A stretch of DNA of 64,000 bases from Balanoglossus misakiensis. Lineage: Eukaryota; Animalia; Hemichordata. The number at the start of each line of letters is the position of its first letter. Positions within the stretch are counted from its first letter, which is position 1. Position numbers and translations under genes: made by a program. The notes beneath the pieces are model-generated. The model made no database searches. It was given only the letters and a program-made list of their open reading frames with translations, and was not told the DNA's origin. This document shows positions 1-10,500 of the stretch, piece after piece. The stretch lies in assembly GCA_040954595.2 (NCBI GenBank), contig CM082594.2, forward strand, positions 9,007,612-9,071,611, written 5' to 3'.

Positions 1-182
1 CCTACAAGTTGATGAATGAACAAAATGAGAATCTAAACAGAGATGCAGTAGATCAACACCACTTCGACCTAAATCACAAGCGAATGAACAATATTCATCA
101 CTTTGCAATTTCAAATGGCAAAATCCATTAAAAATGTTTTGAATGTCATTGATAGATTTATGATTATGGGCAATATACTGAC

Positions 183-431
183 CTACTCTACAATTTGGAC
201 TGTCTTTATATTTCTGTGACACACACATCAAGACTACTGCAGCATTTTCAACTGCGTCTGCCATTGCCTGCAATGTTGATCCTCCCATCTGCTCCAAGTC
301 CATCCAAACTCGGTAGCCATTCTTTTCCAGGTGCTGTTTTACTTTTATCATCAAATTCTGCACATCCCATTGGTAGCTGATCATCACGTGTTGACACTCG
401 TCACGTGTTTCCGCTTCCTCTCCGTGTTTGT
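183..431 (-). CDS. TIR_2-domain exon of the ARM-TIR gene (absent from the ORF track)
   Basis: Acceptor catgcag at 432-438 is phase-1 compatible with exon 617-914. Open frame contains the MISY-W, VWMD, STLQAMADAVE and SPNCR motifs. Donor is gtcagt after 183, or alternatively gtaggt after 187. Confidence 0.88.
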
Positions 432-2252
432 CTGCATGTTTGATGATGATGATGATGATGATGGTGGTGGAAATAGAAAAGGGTCATTGCGGTAATTATA
501 TGCCATTTCATTTTATCTATTGCAAACTATTTATCTCATTGTTCTTGAAAATGAAACACGACAATTAAAACTGTGGAAGGGGAAGAAGACATTCCTGCTT
601 ATCAGTTGTGCCTTACCTCGTAATTCTTTTTGGCCTTCAAGTACCCACAATGCACCATTTGCTGCTTTCTGCACATCCTGACTTGGGTGAGTCTTCAGTG
701 ATTCAATCTTTTCCATGGCGCCCGGTTGCTGTTTAATTTTCTCTCTGCTGTCGTCATCGAACGCCAGGTTCCAGATAGTTTTGACGGCGAACAGCTTTTC
801 CTTCTCGTCGCCTTCGTCCATGAGGTTGACAAGCAATGGCAGAGTCCCCGCCTCGATTATCTTTGGTTTGTTTTTGTCGTTGTTGGCAAGACATGAGAGC
901 GCTTGGGCGATCTCCTGTAAAACATATGCGGTCAAAATAACTGAGTATTCTTAGCCCGGCATAACACACAGCAGAAAGGAAAATACATCCCCTAAAAAAC
1001 AAGGACACCAGGCCAAGAGACTGGGCTCGCTCATCAGACAAAAATCTCTCCTACTCTTAGCCTTACCTCGGCCGATATTCCAGCGTCTGATGACGTCTTA
1101 TCCGTCGACCTCAACGCCTTTTTCAAATGAAGGCTCAGGAATGCGATGATGTTATCATCGGCTGCGATGATATCACTCTGCTCATCGTCTTCATCCACCA
1201 GATAAGCTAGAGCCATGTATGTAATAGATTTGCGCATAATTTCCGACGACTTTGTGTACGGCACAAGGGCTTTGATTGTATCGTGTTCCGCGAAAAATTG
1301 GCGGCTCACGCCACCTTTTGCACAGTTGCTCACAATGGATAAACATGTCACCACGAAAACAGAGTCGATCTGTAAAGTAAGAAAAGGAAATAACATTTAG
1401 TGGCCTAGAACGTTACGTATAAACTGTACATGTATGTCACTTCTAACGAGCAAGTTTAATTGAATGTTGTAATAATTTAAGGCATTCCTGCTTAATATCA
1501 AGAAAGAAATGAACAAAAATAAGTAAAAAGTATACAAACTTAACTTAAAAAGCCAACAATGCCAAGATACAATGAGAATATAGGGAAGGACCTCAAAAGA
1601 AGGAAGTAACCCAGTGGGCCATATGTCTTACCTGGTTCAAATGAGGGCTATTGTTATTGATGCATTTCTCGTTCTTCAAATGTTGTATAATCATTCCTAA
1701 AAATCCTGTTTCCCGACACTGCTCACAAATCAGTGAACTCCTGTCCGAAAGAGAAGTGATGATGTCCGCACAGTTGATGTAAGTGATGAAAACTTGCTGG
1801 TTTCTGTCCAAGGGCCCCGTGTTTTCCAACGCCTGGCAGTACCTGTTGATGGTGTAGACAAACTTGTCATACGCCAGCTGGTCACAGAGGAGCCGACGCT
1901 GTTCTTTACTTCTGTAGGTCATAGCAGGTGACCTGACCTTTACGTCAACTTCATTGTACACCTTCTCCAAAGAATCGGAAGACGCTGGGTTTTCACAACA
2001 TTCTTCTATGGTCTCAATTGCTTGTAGGAAAGAAGGCAGCAGATTCCCTATCTCTGGGTGTTCCTTCAGTCGAGCTTTGTGATCAAGAAATGCCGCGTCG
2101 TTGCTTTCGTATTCTGTCACATCGACAATGTCGCAGGTCGAACCTTCGTCCACGTCCTTCTCGTTGTCTGTCGCCAGACCCTCTTTTCGCTGCCTGTCAG
2201 CCTTATCGACCCACGCGGTGGCGATTTTTTTCGTACTCGCCGCACTACCCAT
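183..2252 (-). CDS. ARM-repeat + TIR_2 domain protein (SARM-like architecture typical of invertebrates); 3' end runs off the left edge of the window
   Basis: Exons 1632-2252, 1067-1369, 617-914 and 183-431 have GT-AG boundaries and compatible phases (0,0,1). N-terminus MGSAAS fits the myristoylation consensus. ARM-like helices include EIAQALSCLANNDKNKPKIIEAGTLPLLVNLM, AVKTIWNLAF and AANGALWVL. Exon 183-431, translated manually, reads HVMISYQWDVQNLMIKVKQHLEKNGYRVWMDLEQMGGSTLQAMADAVENAAVVLMCVSQKYKDSPNCR, a TIR_2 pattern. A probable next acceptor (ttgtag) sits at positions 7-2. Confidence 0.88.
441..462. repeat. (TGA)7 microsatellite in intron
   Basis: tgatgatgatgatgatgatga is directly visible just upstream of the TIR exon acceptor. 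Confidence 0.9.
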
Positions 2253-3281
2253 GTCGACGGTCGTCCTATCGGTAGTAGCCTGAGGACCTCACCAACTACA
2301 TGACAAGCCGACAGTGACCGACTATCTGTGTCGATATCGTACCGACATGCTTGTGAAATCGACACAGGGCCGTGGTGGCTTTTACAATAGACGCCCCGAC
2401 ATATTTTAAGTATTGACTGAATACAACGCAGTCTCTTTGACCGCTATGCTGGCATGCATTGTTGTTGACACATGCAGCGCCATAGCAACAACCCTATGCT
2501 GGGATGGGAACGTCACGACGTTTGCTTCGACCGTGCTCATTTTACCTTCACGTTACACGGTAAATTCCCCTTGAGATAGAATCGTCGCTCGATATCCTAA
2601 TGATATGACTTTCCGAGTATTTGATATAATTACATTCTTGATTATAGAAACGAGTCGCAGAGTGGCGGGGCTGTACGTGCGACATGGGCGTTGGCAGTCC
2701 ACTAACATGGAGTGGACCGTGTGTCTGGTCACAAACAGTACGGCGCACCTCGATCACTGCGCAAATAACTGCTGTGTAGTAGCCACGTGCTAAAGGAGGC
2801 CTACTAGCCTTTAAAAGCAAGAACGGGTTTTAACTATTCCATTTTTATCTGATAATTGGTACAATCACTTTCGGCCACTTTATCAAAAGAAAATGTTTCT
2901 TATAGCAATGTAGAAGATTTCGAAAACCTTTTTATCTAAAAGAGAAGTGAAAACAAGAAAGTCAAGTAGTTCTAAAACTATCAATAAGTCTACAAAGTCA
3001 TGCTTCCGCGCTTTCCATCAAACATCTTCTACAAAAACTTGATTAATAAAGTAAACAAACTTAGTGAACATGTCAATAAAAACAGAAGTATTAAAGTCGG
3101 ACAGTTTCCGACCCACTGGTATTGACGCTATTCCCCAAATCACTGACATGGAACCTACTCCAAAAATAAGACGACAATCAAGTCACGCGATATTTACTTT
3201 TCTAGTTTAAAAAAGACACCGACTGTTCTTTCCCAGTGCGGTGATGAAACCCATGTGAGTATACAGGGGGTGTGAATACTT

Positions 3282-5270
3282 TTATACGTTGAAATCATCC
3301 AGTTCTACAGGCGTTTTCATCCATGTACCGAGACCAGCAGCGGGGAAGGCCTGTATAAATGCCTCTTTGGCTTGTTGGTATTCACTCGATTTTGCCTTCG
3401 CCTCTGTGTAGCTGGAAGTTAGTGCGCCACCAAGCTCTTTGAAATGCCTGTAAAAGCTCTGTTTGGAGAGTCGTGAATTGTTGGCGTCTTGCTCAAGGCG
3501 GCCCGTTGTGGTCGTCACAACTTCCACGGTGTCATCGGCAATGTTCCAATTGACGCTGTAGTCAGGTGCTTTACCGGGCAATCGCTCCTCTTGTTTGGTG
3601 GTGCGATACAGGGCGGCTTCGTGCTGTTTGTAGGCTGCTGGCAGCTGATTGGCCAGTTTGATGCGCGAGAAGAGAGCACGTGATATGTGCTCCTGGTTGT
3701 AATTTGAGCCGATGATGATACCAGAAAAGTACACAGGTTCAATGAAGTAGCTGAGGAGGGCACCCTGCAGGCCAACGACGTTCCACTTGGCTATCTTGTC
3801 ACTGCACGACATGATGAGTAATCTCTCCCCTTGAAGCACGCCATCCCAGGTCTGTGTCGGCGAATTTTCAGGATCCACGGGGATCGTCCCCTCCCCAGCT
3901 TCGATTTTTGTGCGCAACTGCCCGCGGGACTTCTTCGCTGGGTGTGAATCTGGCGTGCCGTTGTTTGAATCTTCATTCGGGGAGAATATTCTGGCATCGC
4001 CGCACGGTGATGTGCTGATGTACAGATGGAACCGGACACCATCTTTCAGCTTGCATCCTCGCCCGTCCTTTCTCGAGGTAAATATTGACGTTCCCTTGTC
4101 CTTGCTGACGAACTTTTGAAGCTGAGCATAGAAGAAGCGAAGAAGGGAACGTCTAGCAATTATTTCTGCATGGCAATCAACAATTGCTGCTCCTCGGGTG
4201 GACAAGTACTTCCCATTAATGCACTTTGTACCTGTTGCTACGGCAACAATTTGGACATTTTCTGTGTCACCCCCAGAAGTCATGGCAACCCCTGCCAATA
4301 CCCTACGCTTTGAGAACTGCGCTGTGAAGTTTCCTGTGATCTGGCTGAATTTCGTGTAAACTAGTTTTTGAATTAGGTCAGCAAGTTTCTGTTCTGGGCT
4401 AGCATCTTGTACTTCTTCTGCTAAAGTGGACACCAGTCTCAGTTGAGCGAGTGCTGTCTTGGAAGCATTCATTTTCGCTTGGCGCTTGTTTTTTCCACTT
4501 CCTTGGTACACTTGGCCGTCGACTGTTACTTCAATCACATAGCATCTTTCGTTTACCCCGACCACGCTTTGAGATACCAACTCATACGCTACTTTGCCAG
4601 GCTTCAGGGTGTTGAGGACAAATGTTGGGTCAGTCTCCTCCTGAGGGCAGTCGTCATTCCCCTTTCCATCTTCCTCGCCAGGTTGCAAAACTGTCTCGGC
4701 AGACTGGCTGTCGTCTTCAGGACAGACTCCAGTTTGGACGAACTTTAACGCCTTCTCGGCGGCTTGGTGCTTGGCTTGCTTCTTCGAACCCCCGATGCCC
4801 TCAAAGCGCTTCCCATCGACAGTGACCGACATGACGAATTGCATAGCATGGCTAGGGCCACTCTCCGACTCCAATACAAACCTTAAATCTGACCTCGTTT
4901 CGTTGAGGATTGATAGCGCGTTGCGACTACAGCTTACCTGCCGCTCAATAACAGGTCTGACCTCTGCAAAGAAACAGTGGAAAGGTTGTAGTTCAAAAGA
5001 TGTATCACATGAAAGAAGAAATGAACAGAGGTCTAACACAGTACAATCAAAGATGACAGTTTACTGTATGTAATCCACTGATAACGTCAATGTTCCGACA
5101 AAACAGAATATTTTTTATCGCAAATTAATATGACTGACCTGTTGGTGACATCATTTGCTCAATGTCAGACTTGAAAGCAGTCAACTTTCTCACAAGTTCC
5201 TCACGTTCTCTCACAGCATCTTGATTGAGTGCACTGCCTTGCAAACCATCCACTAGGAAATGCTCAACAT
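3282..5270 (-). CDS. ADARB1: Double-stranded RNA-specific adenosine deaminase, ADAR2 type (2 dsRBD + deaminase domain); start codon/5' exons not resolved
   Basis: Main exon 3282-4963 (acceptor tttgcag) and upstream exon 5139-5270 are phase-1 compatible. dsRBD1: NALSILNE...[16 protein letters not shown]...[16 protein letters not shown]. dsRBD2: [31 protein letters not shown]. Deaminase motifs: [55 protein letters not shown]. No Z-DNA domain seen, so ADAR2-like. Further donor-like sites at about 5562, 5673 and 5950 suggest additional small 5' exons. Confidence 0.93.
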
Positions 5271-6390
5271 CTAGGAAAGGAAATCCGGCAGCATTGTTTT
5301 TATTGCACGATATGAATATATTTAGCAAAGATGATGTACAATGTATATACTTCAGTAAACGAATCTCATGAAACTAATTTTGATTATTAATTGACCGTCC
5401 TTACCTTTAAGAAAGCCATGAACACGGTCGCATGGAACTGAATTCATTCTGTTTTCACGATAGTTTCCTGTTATAAGTGAATGGTAAAAGCTAAGGTTTA
5501 CGTTCTCACCAATTTTATTTTCGGTTTCACTATGCATTCAGTGAAATGACGAATTGACTCACCTGATATCTTCCTTTGTGCTAGCACTAAAAAAATCCCC
5601 GGAGTTTCAATATCGGTTGAATGCGCGCAGTTCAAAGTTCAAAACCGAGAGGTCCATTTCCTTGTACACACACCTCAGGGGGCGTGGTAGTTCCACGGTT
5701 GTCGGCGTAGGACTTGTCCGAGGAGAACGTTCGTGAATTTTGGTCGAAATTTGTTCAAAAATGTGGAACCAAAATTCACTGTATACTCACAGGTACGAAT
5801 GGGTACTAAATACAACGCCTTGGCTTGCCAAAGCAAGGTCACGCGGTTTAGCGCTACATACAGCCTACAGCACATGTACTCAAGTGACCGACGCAGGCTG
5901 TAAAAAATAGACGATACTGTACAAATACGACGTTCCAGTCGTCCGCTTACCTGGATGATTTTATGGCTTGATTATCGCCAAATATAAACCAGTCGTCAAT
6001 TTGTGACGTAAATGTCTCAAATTTGCTGCTGATGAATTGTCAGTACCTGCATCACCGCTCAGATGTCGTCCGGTTGCTGTGTTGTGTGACCTCATTGACC
6101 TTAAGCCAACGTTCACGCAACATACGCCCTCTATCGGTAGATTGTATTGGACTTTCGTTCCGCTTTTTAGTGACGTGTCGGGGATTTCCGCAAGTCCTTC
6201 CGTCTATTGTTTGTAGAGTTTACAAAATGACGTTATAAATAAGTTTACATCTGTGTACAGCGCAAGAATGAGTTATAACTTTGTGTTTACGGTCTTGTTT
6301 TCATTTGAGACAATTTCAATTTCTCATTCTTATGTGTTCTTGATATCATACAAGATAACTCAACTAATAATAAATACACACACAGTATCC

Positions 6391-6418
6391 TTTATTACTT
6401 GTTAAAAAGTCATTTATT
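6391..6418 (-). terminator. Candidate polyadenylation signals of KMT2C/D (two AATAAA)
   Basis: tttatt at 6391-6396 and 6413-6418 (AATAAA on the minus strand), about 1 kb downstream of the stop codon at 7432. Confidence 0.5.
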
Positions 6419-7431
6419 GTCAATGACTCAGAGCATTATTTCAACGGTCTCCATTTCCATCACGCTACTCTTGGAATCATGGGCAAAAAAGATACACAGA
6501 CTGTTTTGAGACTAAGACATTGGAAAATACCACACAGGGAAAAAAAATAAACATACAAAAAGAGGAGAGAAAGAAAAACCTTACATTTCATGAAAGTATA
6601 TCAATTCTAAGGAAAATACAAGCAATAAATTCTGAGTAAAATTATTATCAGCAAGTTCAGTCCACTAAATTTCATGGGCTGATATCTGAATTTCTCTCAA
6701 TTTTATTTTACATGTACAAAGTATATATTTTTCCAATCAAATTCATGATTTTTTCTATATTTCTGCAAAAATTAAATTTCCATGTTCATGCATCGATGCA
6801 TCAGAAACTGCATTCAAATATTTTTTCACAAACATTACACTCACCCTATTAGACACTCCAATACACAATAGAACAAAATATTTTTAAACAGATACTGTGA
6901 GTTCCCCCCTCCCTCCCCAATTCTCCCTCCTGCCATATAAGGCAAAAGTGGCTCTTCTGTTTTCTACCCAGTAATTTCCTCCCCAACGAAACACGAGAAG
7001 ACACTTAACTTTATACAGAATGTGGCTATCCCAAACTGCAATTGTCCTCCCCCTGTATTTTACATAAAAGTGGCTATTATGAAAATAGTAATTCGCCCTC
7101 TGGGGACAGCACCATCCCCATTATACTGTACACTTAACTAGTGTTGGTTTATCTCACAATGTTGAAAAAAAGATCATGTAACTGAAAGGCATGTACTAAA
7201 AAAAATTCATTACCGACTTTGTCATATTTTACCCGTTTGGCACAAAAAAGGGAAAAATCAGTATATACAAATAAGAAATACAGAGCTATGTTTGGATAAT
7301 TTGTCTTGCAGCGGGAAAATTGATTTTGTCCTCTGAATAACTCCTGAATATGTTTTACAGGAAGTAGATAGTAGCTACAAAGTACACAGCTGCTGATTGG
7401 TTGAATGTATCAGAGTTTATGATTGGTCTAG

Positions 7432-7524
7432 TTAGTTCATCCACTTGCGACAGTTAGGTGCCTTGCACATGCAAGTGATCTTGTTCTGGTCATCTTCAAA
7501 GTCAAATTTGTAGTCGTATGTCAG
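7432..7524 (-). CDS. KMT2C: KMT2C/D last exon (SET C-terminus and post-SET)
   Basis: Translates to LTYDYKFDFEDDQNKITCMCKAPNCRKWMN*, preceded by acceptor ttacag. Confidence 0.95.
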   Translation of the reverse strand: MTYDYKFDFEDDQNKITCMCKAPNCRKWMN

Positions 7525-10500
7525 CTGTAAATGAATACAGAACAAAGTTGTAAGCGCAACATGAAGCTGTTCAAATATACTAGTCAATTGACCTCTGAGT
7601 GACTTTTAGATCCCAGTACTTTTGTTAGTATGTGAGTGTATAATTATATAACACACATCAAACTGAATATACACCCAATAATGCTGGATTTCACAGGATA
7701 TTTCTTACCTCCTCTCCCTTGGCGATTCTCCTGTTGGAGATGATGATGATTTTCTCTCCCTTCTCAAAAGTGACCACCTCAGCCACACAGTTTGGTGCAC
7801 AGGAGTGATTGATGTACCGGGCAGGTCCACCAGTCAGAGTAGCATCAATCACAAAGTCTGAGTTGATTCGGAACATGTACACTCCCCTGTTGGCTTCTTC
7901 GTACAGTTGTTCTCGCCTGTTGGCAACTTCGTTGCGGATTATCGTCCCAATGTACTCTATAACCATCGTGTGTTTCTCAATATCTCGGGCAGCAAAGAGT
8001 CCCAGACCCTGCAATAACAAGGTTGATAGAATTCAAACCACGCTCAAAATATAAATCAACATGATTCAACACAGATTTTAGCCACTGGTCACAAGGATGG
8101 GAAACCCCCTAGTCATCAAAAAACATCTGGGGTAAACCAAAGTAAGCATGCTGTGGGAGATGGGGTCTGACTTGCTGTTTTTACAGACCTGAATTCTGGA
8201 ACGGGCAAGATGGACATTGTTTCTCCATTCTTGTTTCAGCCTCCGGTACTGTGATGATTTGGAATGTGCAAACTGCTTGGTGTAAGGAGATGCCAGATCT
8301 CCGGTCACCGTGGATTGGTACGACCCTGACGAACTGTTGCTGGTCAATGTATGTGGTCTGGAGAGAGAGAGAGAGAAATCAAATCAGTGTCAATGTACAT
8401 GGTGGCCCTGGCTATTCGACAAGAGTGTGACTTTGTTCCACAACTATTGTGAATCTAAAAAAAAAATTTGTTCAGCACATTGAGGTGTTAATACAAGGGT
8501 CACACACAAACCACTACACTCACCTCTTGATGTAAGTTCTCATTCTGGGTTCTGAGCGAGCACAGCCAGTTGGATTGATGGCTAACGGCAGTTCGATCAG
8601 AGGTGAACGTCCAAAGCGGAAAATGTAGCCTTGAATTCCCTCCACACCAGGCAGCTGTTAGATCCCAACAAAACAAAATTAAAATCGTGTGAACAATTTT
8701 TAACTACATTTTGTATCCAGCAATACAGGAATTTTCCTCCAGATCTGTGATGACTACAACATTATTATTTCTTGGAAATATGTCTCTTTTCTTGGAAATG
8801 TCCACTTACAGATTCTATCACCCTGAGTATCGATGGCTCAGTCAGACCAAAGAGATCCTCTCCAGTGATGAAACTGGGAAACAGTTTCAACATATCAGCA
8901 TCCCTCCTCAGTTTCTCGATGGGTTCCATCACTTTACTCCACACACCTACAATACAAAGAATACATAACCAACTCATCATTATAATATCAACCCAATAGT
9001 GATGTCACTCGTATAAGTAACATTTCTTTAAGCCTACATACATAGAAAGTGTTGAAATGTGAAGTGTAACTTCACACTGGATGTTGACTTGCACTTACCG
9101 ATGCATGCAGTATCTTTCAAGATCACATCTTCATGGCCTTGTTCGATGACACGGATGCAGAATTCAGGTTTGCCACCACTATCCCGAATGCTACAAACAT
9201 AGCGACACCGCTTGTTGGTGTAGCGCATACTCCAGTAGAGTCTGGTGGTTTCAAACCCAACCTGATGGAAAGGGAAGGGAGACATCAAAATGGATTACAG
9301 CTTATTCCCTTCACAGAAGACTCAGTAACAACTATGGGCCTTTAACCCTGAACGATCCCAACAAAAGCAAATACACGGAAGTCACTCCATTCCGTCAGGT
9401 GAAGGTACTTACGGGATAGATGGCAGTCTGGGAATGGAATACTTGAAGTTGATGAGGCAGTAGCTGTCCCACGGAATGGAAGATCAGACTCCCAATTCGA
9501 AGTGTGTGCTTCTTCTCTCCTTGGTGCATTATGCTGTCAGAAACAAAAATAAATGTCATCACATGTACTTTCTTGGTGAAGTTTTAATCCATAATCATCT
9601 ACCAGTATTAGCCAGACTGACTTGGGCCAAGATATGCCTTATCACATAATACCTGAAGTGCTTCAAAGCATTTGAAAAATATGTAAGATACTAACCTTGC
9701 AATCTGTTTGTTCTCATCTCGACTGATGTAGACGCGTCTGTACACTATGTGAGTCCTCAGTTCATTCTCACTCTGCCTTGAAGGGCAATGCAGGGGACAT
9801 AGCATCGTCTGTAAGTGCACAATAAGTAACACATAATTGAAATTTAATTCCCAAAGTAACTACATGTACGTCAATTAAAAGACCACTGTACAAAGGGGTG
9901 TAGGGCAAGAAGATTCCTGAGAAACTCACCTTATCTTTGAAGAAGATGCATTTATCTCGGATGGCACATCCAAAGTGATAAATGTTTGTGCATCGGAACT
10001 TATGGCAGCCAACTGTTGCACCGATCTTACTACAGTAGCAGCAATTCATGGCTATGCCACGCTTGAGTGCCAGCTCCACGTTGATCAACGCTCCGTTTAG
10101 AGTCTCGTAGACTTCAGCCGACCACAGGGCACAGTTCAAGTGGACCCAGACATCCACGTCCATGTTGAGAAGCCTGTAATTCACACAAAATGGTGTCAAG
10201 ATTTGGATACGTGAACAGAACAACAGGGAAAACTGAAGTATGCAAATATACTGCAATAATGTATATTTTGAAGGTTCTGTTTTAGTCAGTAAAGCACACA
10301 TATCTAACTGATTATCTTACCTTGCTGGTCCATCTGTAGAACCATCTCCCAACTCGCCACAAAATATACACTTCCTTTGATCTGCTAAAGATGCATACGC
10401 CTGCAGCGATGTGCCCAACTTGTTCATCAACTGCAACAAACAAGCAAAGAAGACAAGGGTTAACACTGGCGGATAATGGCAAAGAAATTTCCAAGGCTTT

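Noticed and set aside
3282-5270. ADAR1 or ADAT1/ADAD identity
   Set aside because: No Z-alpha domain is seen, two dsRBDs are present (absent in ADAT1), and the intact HAE motif with ADAR2-like flanks argues against inactive ADAD.
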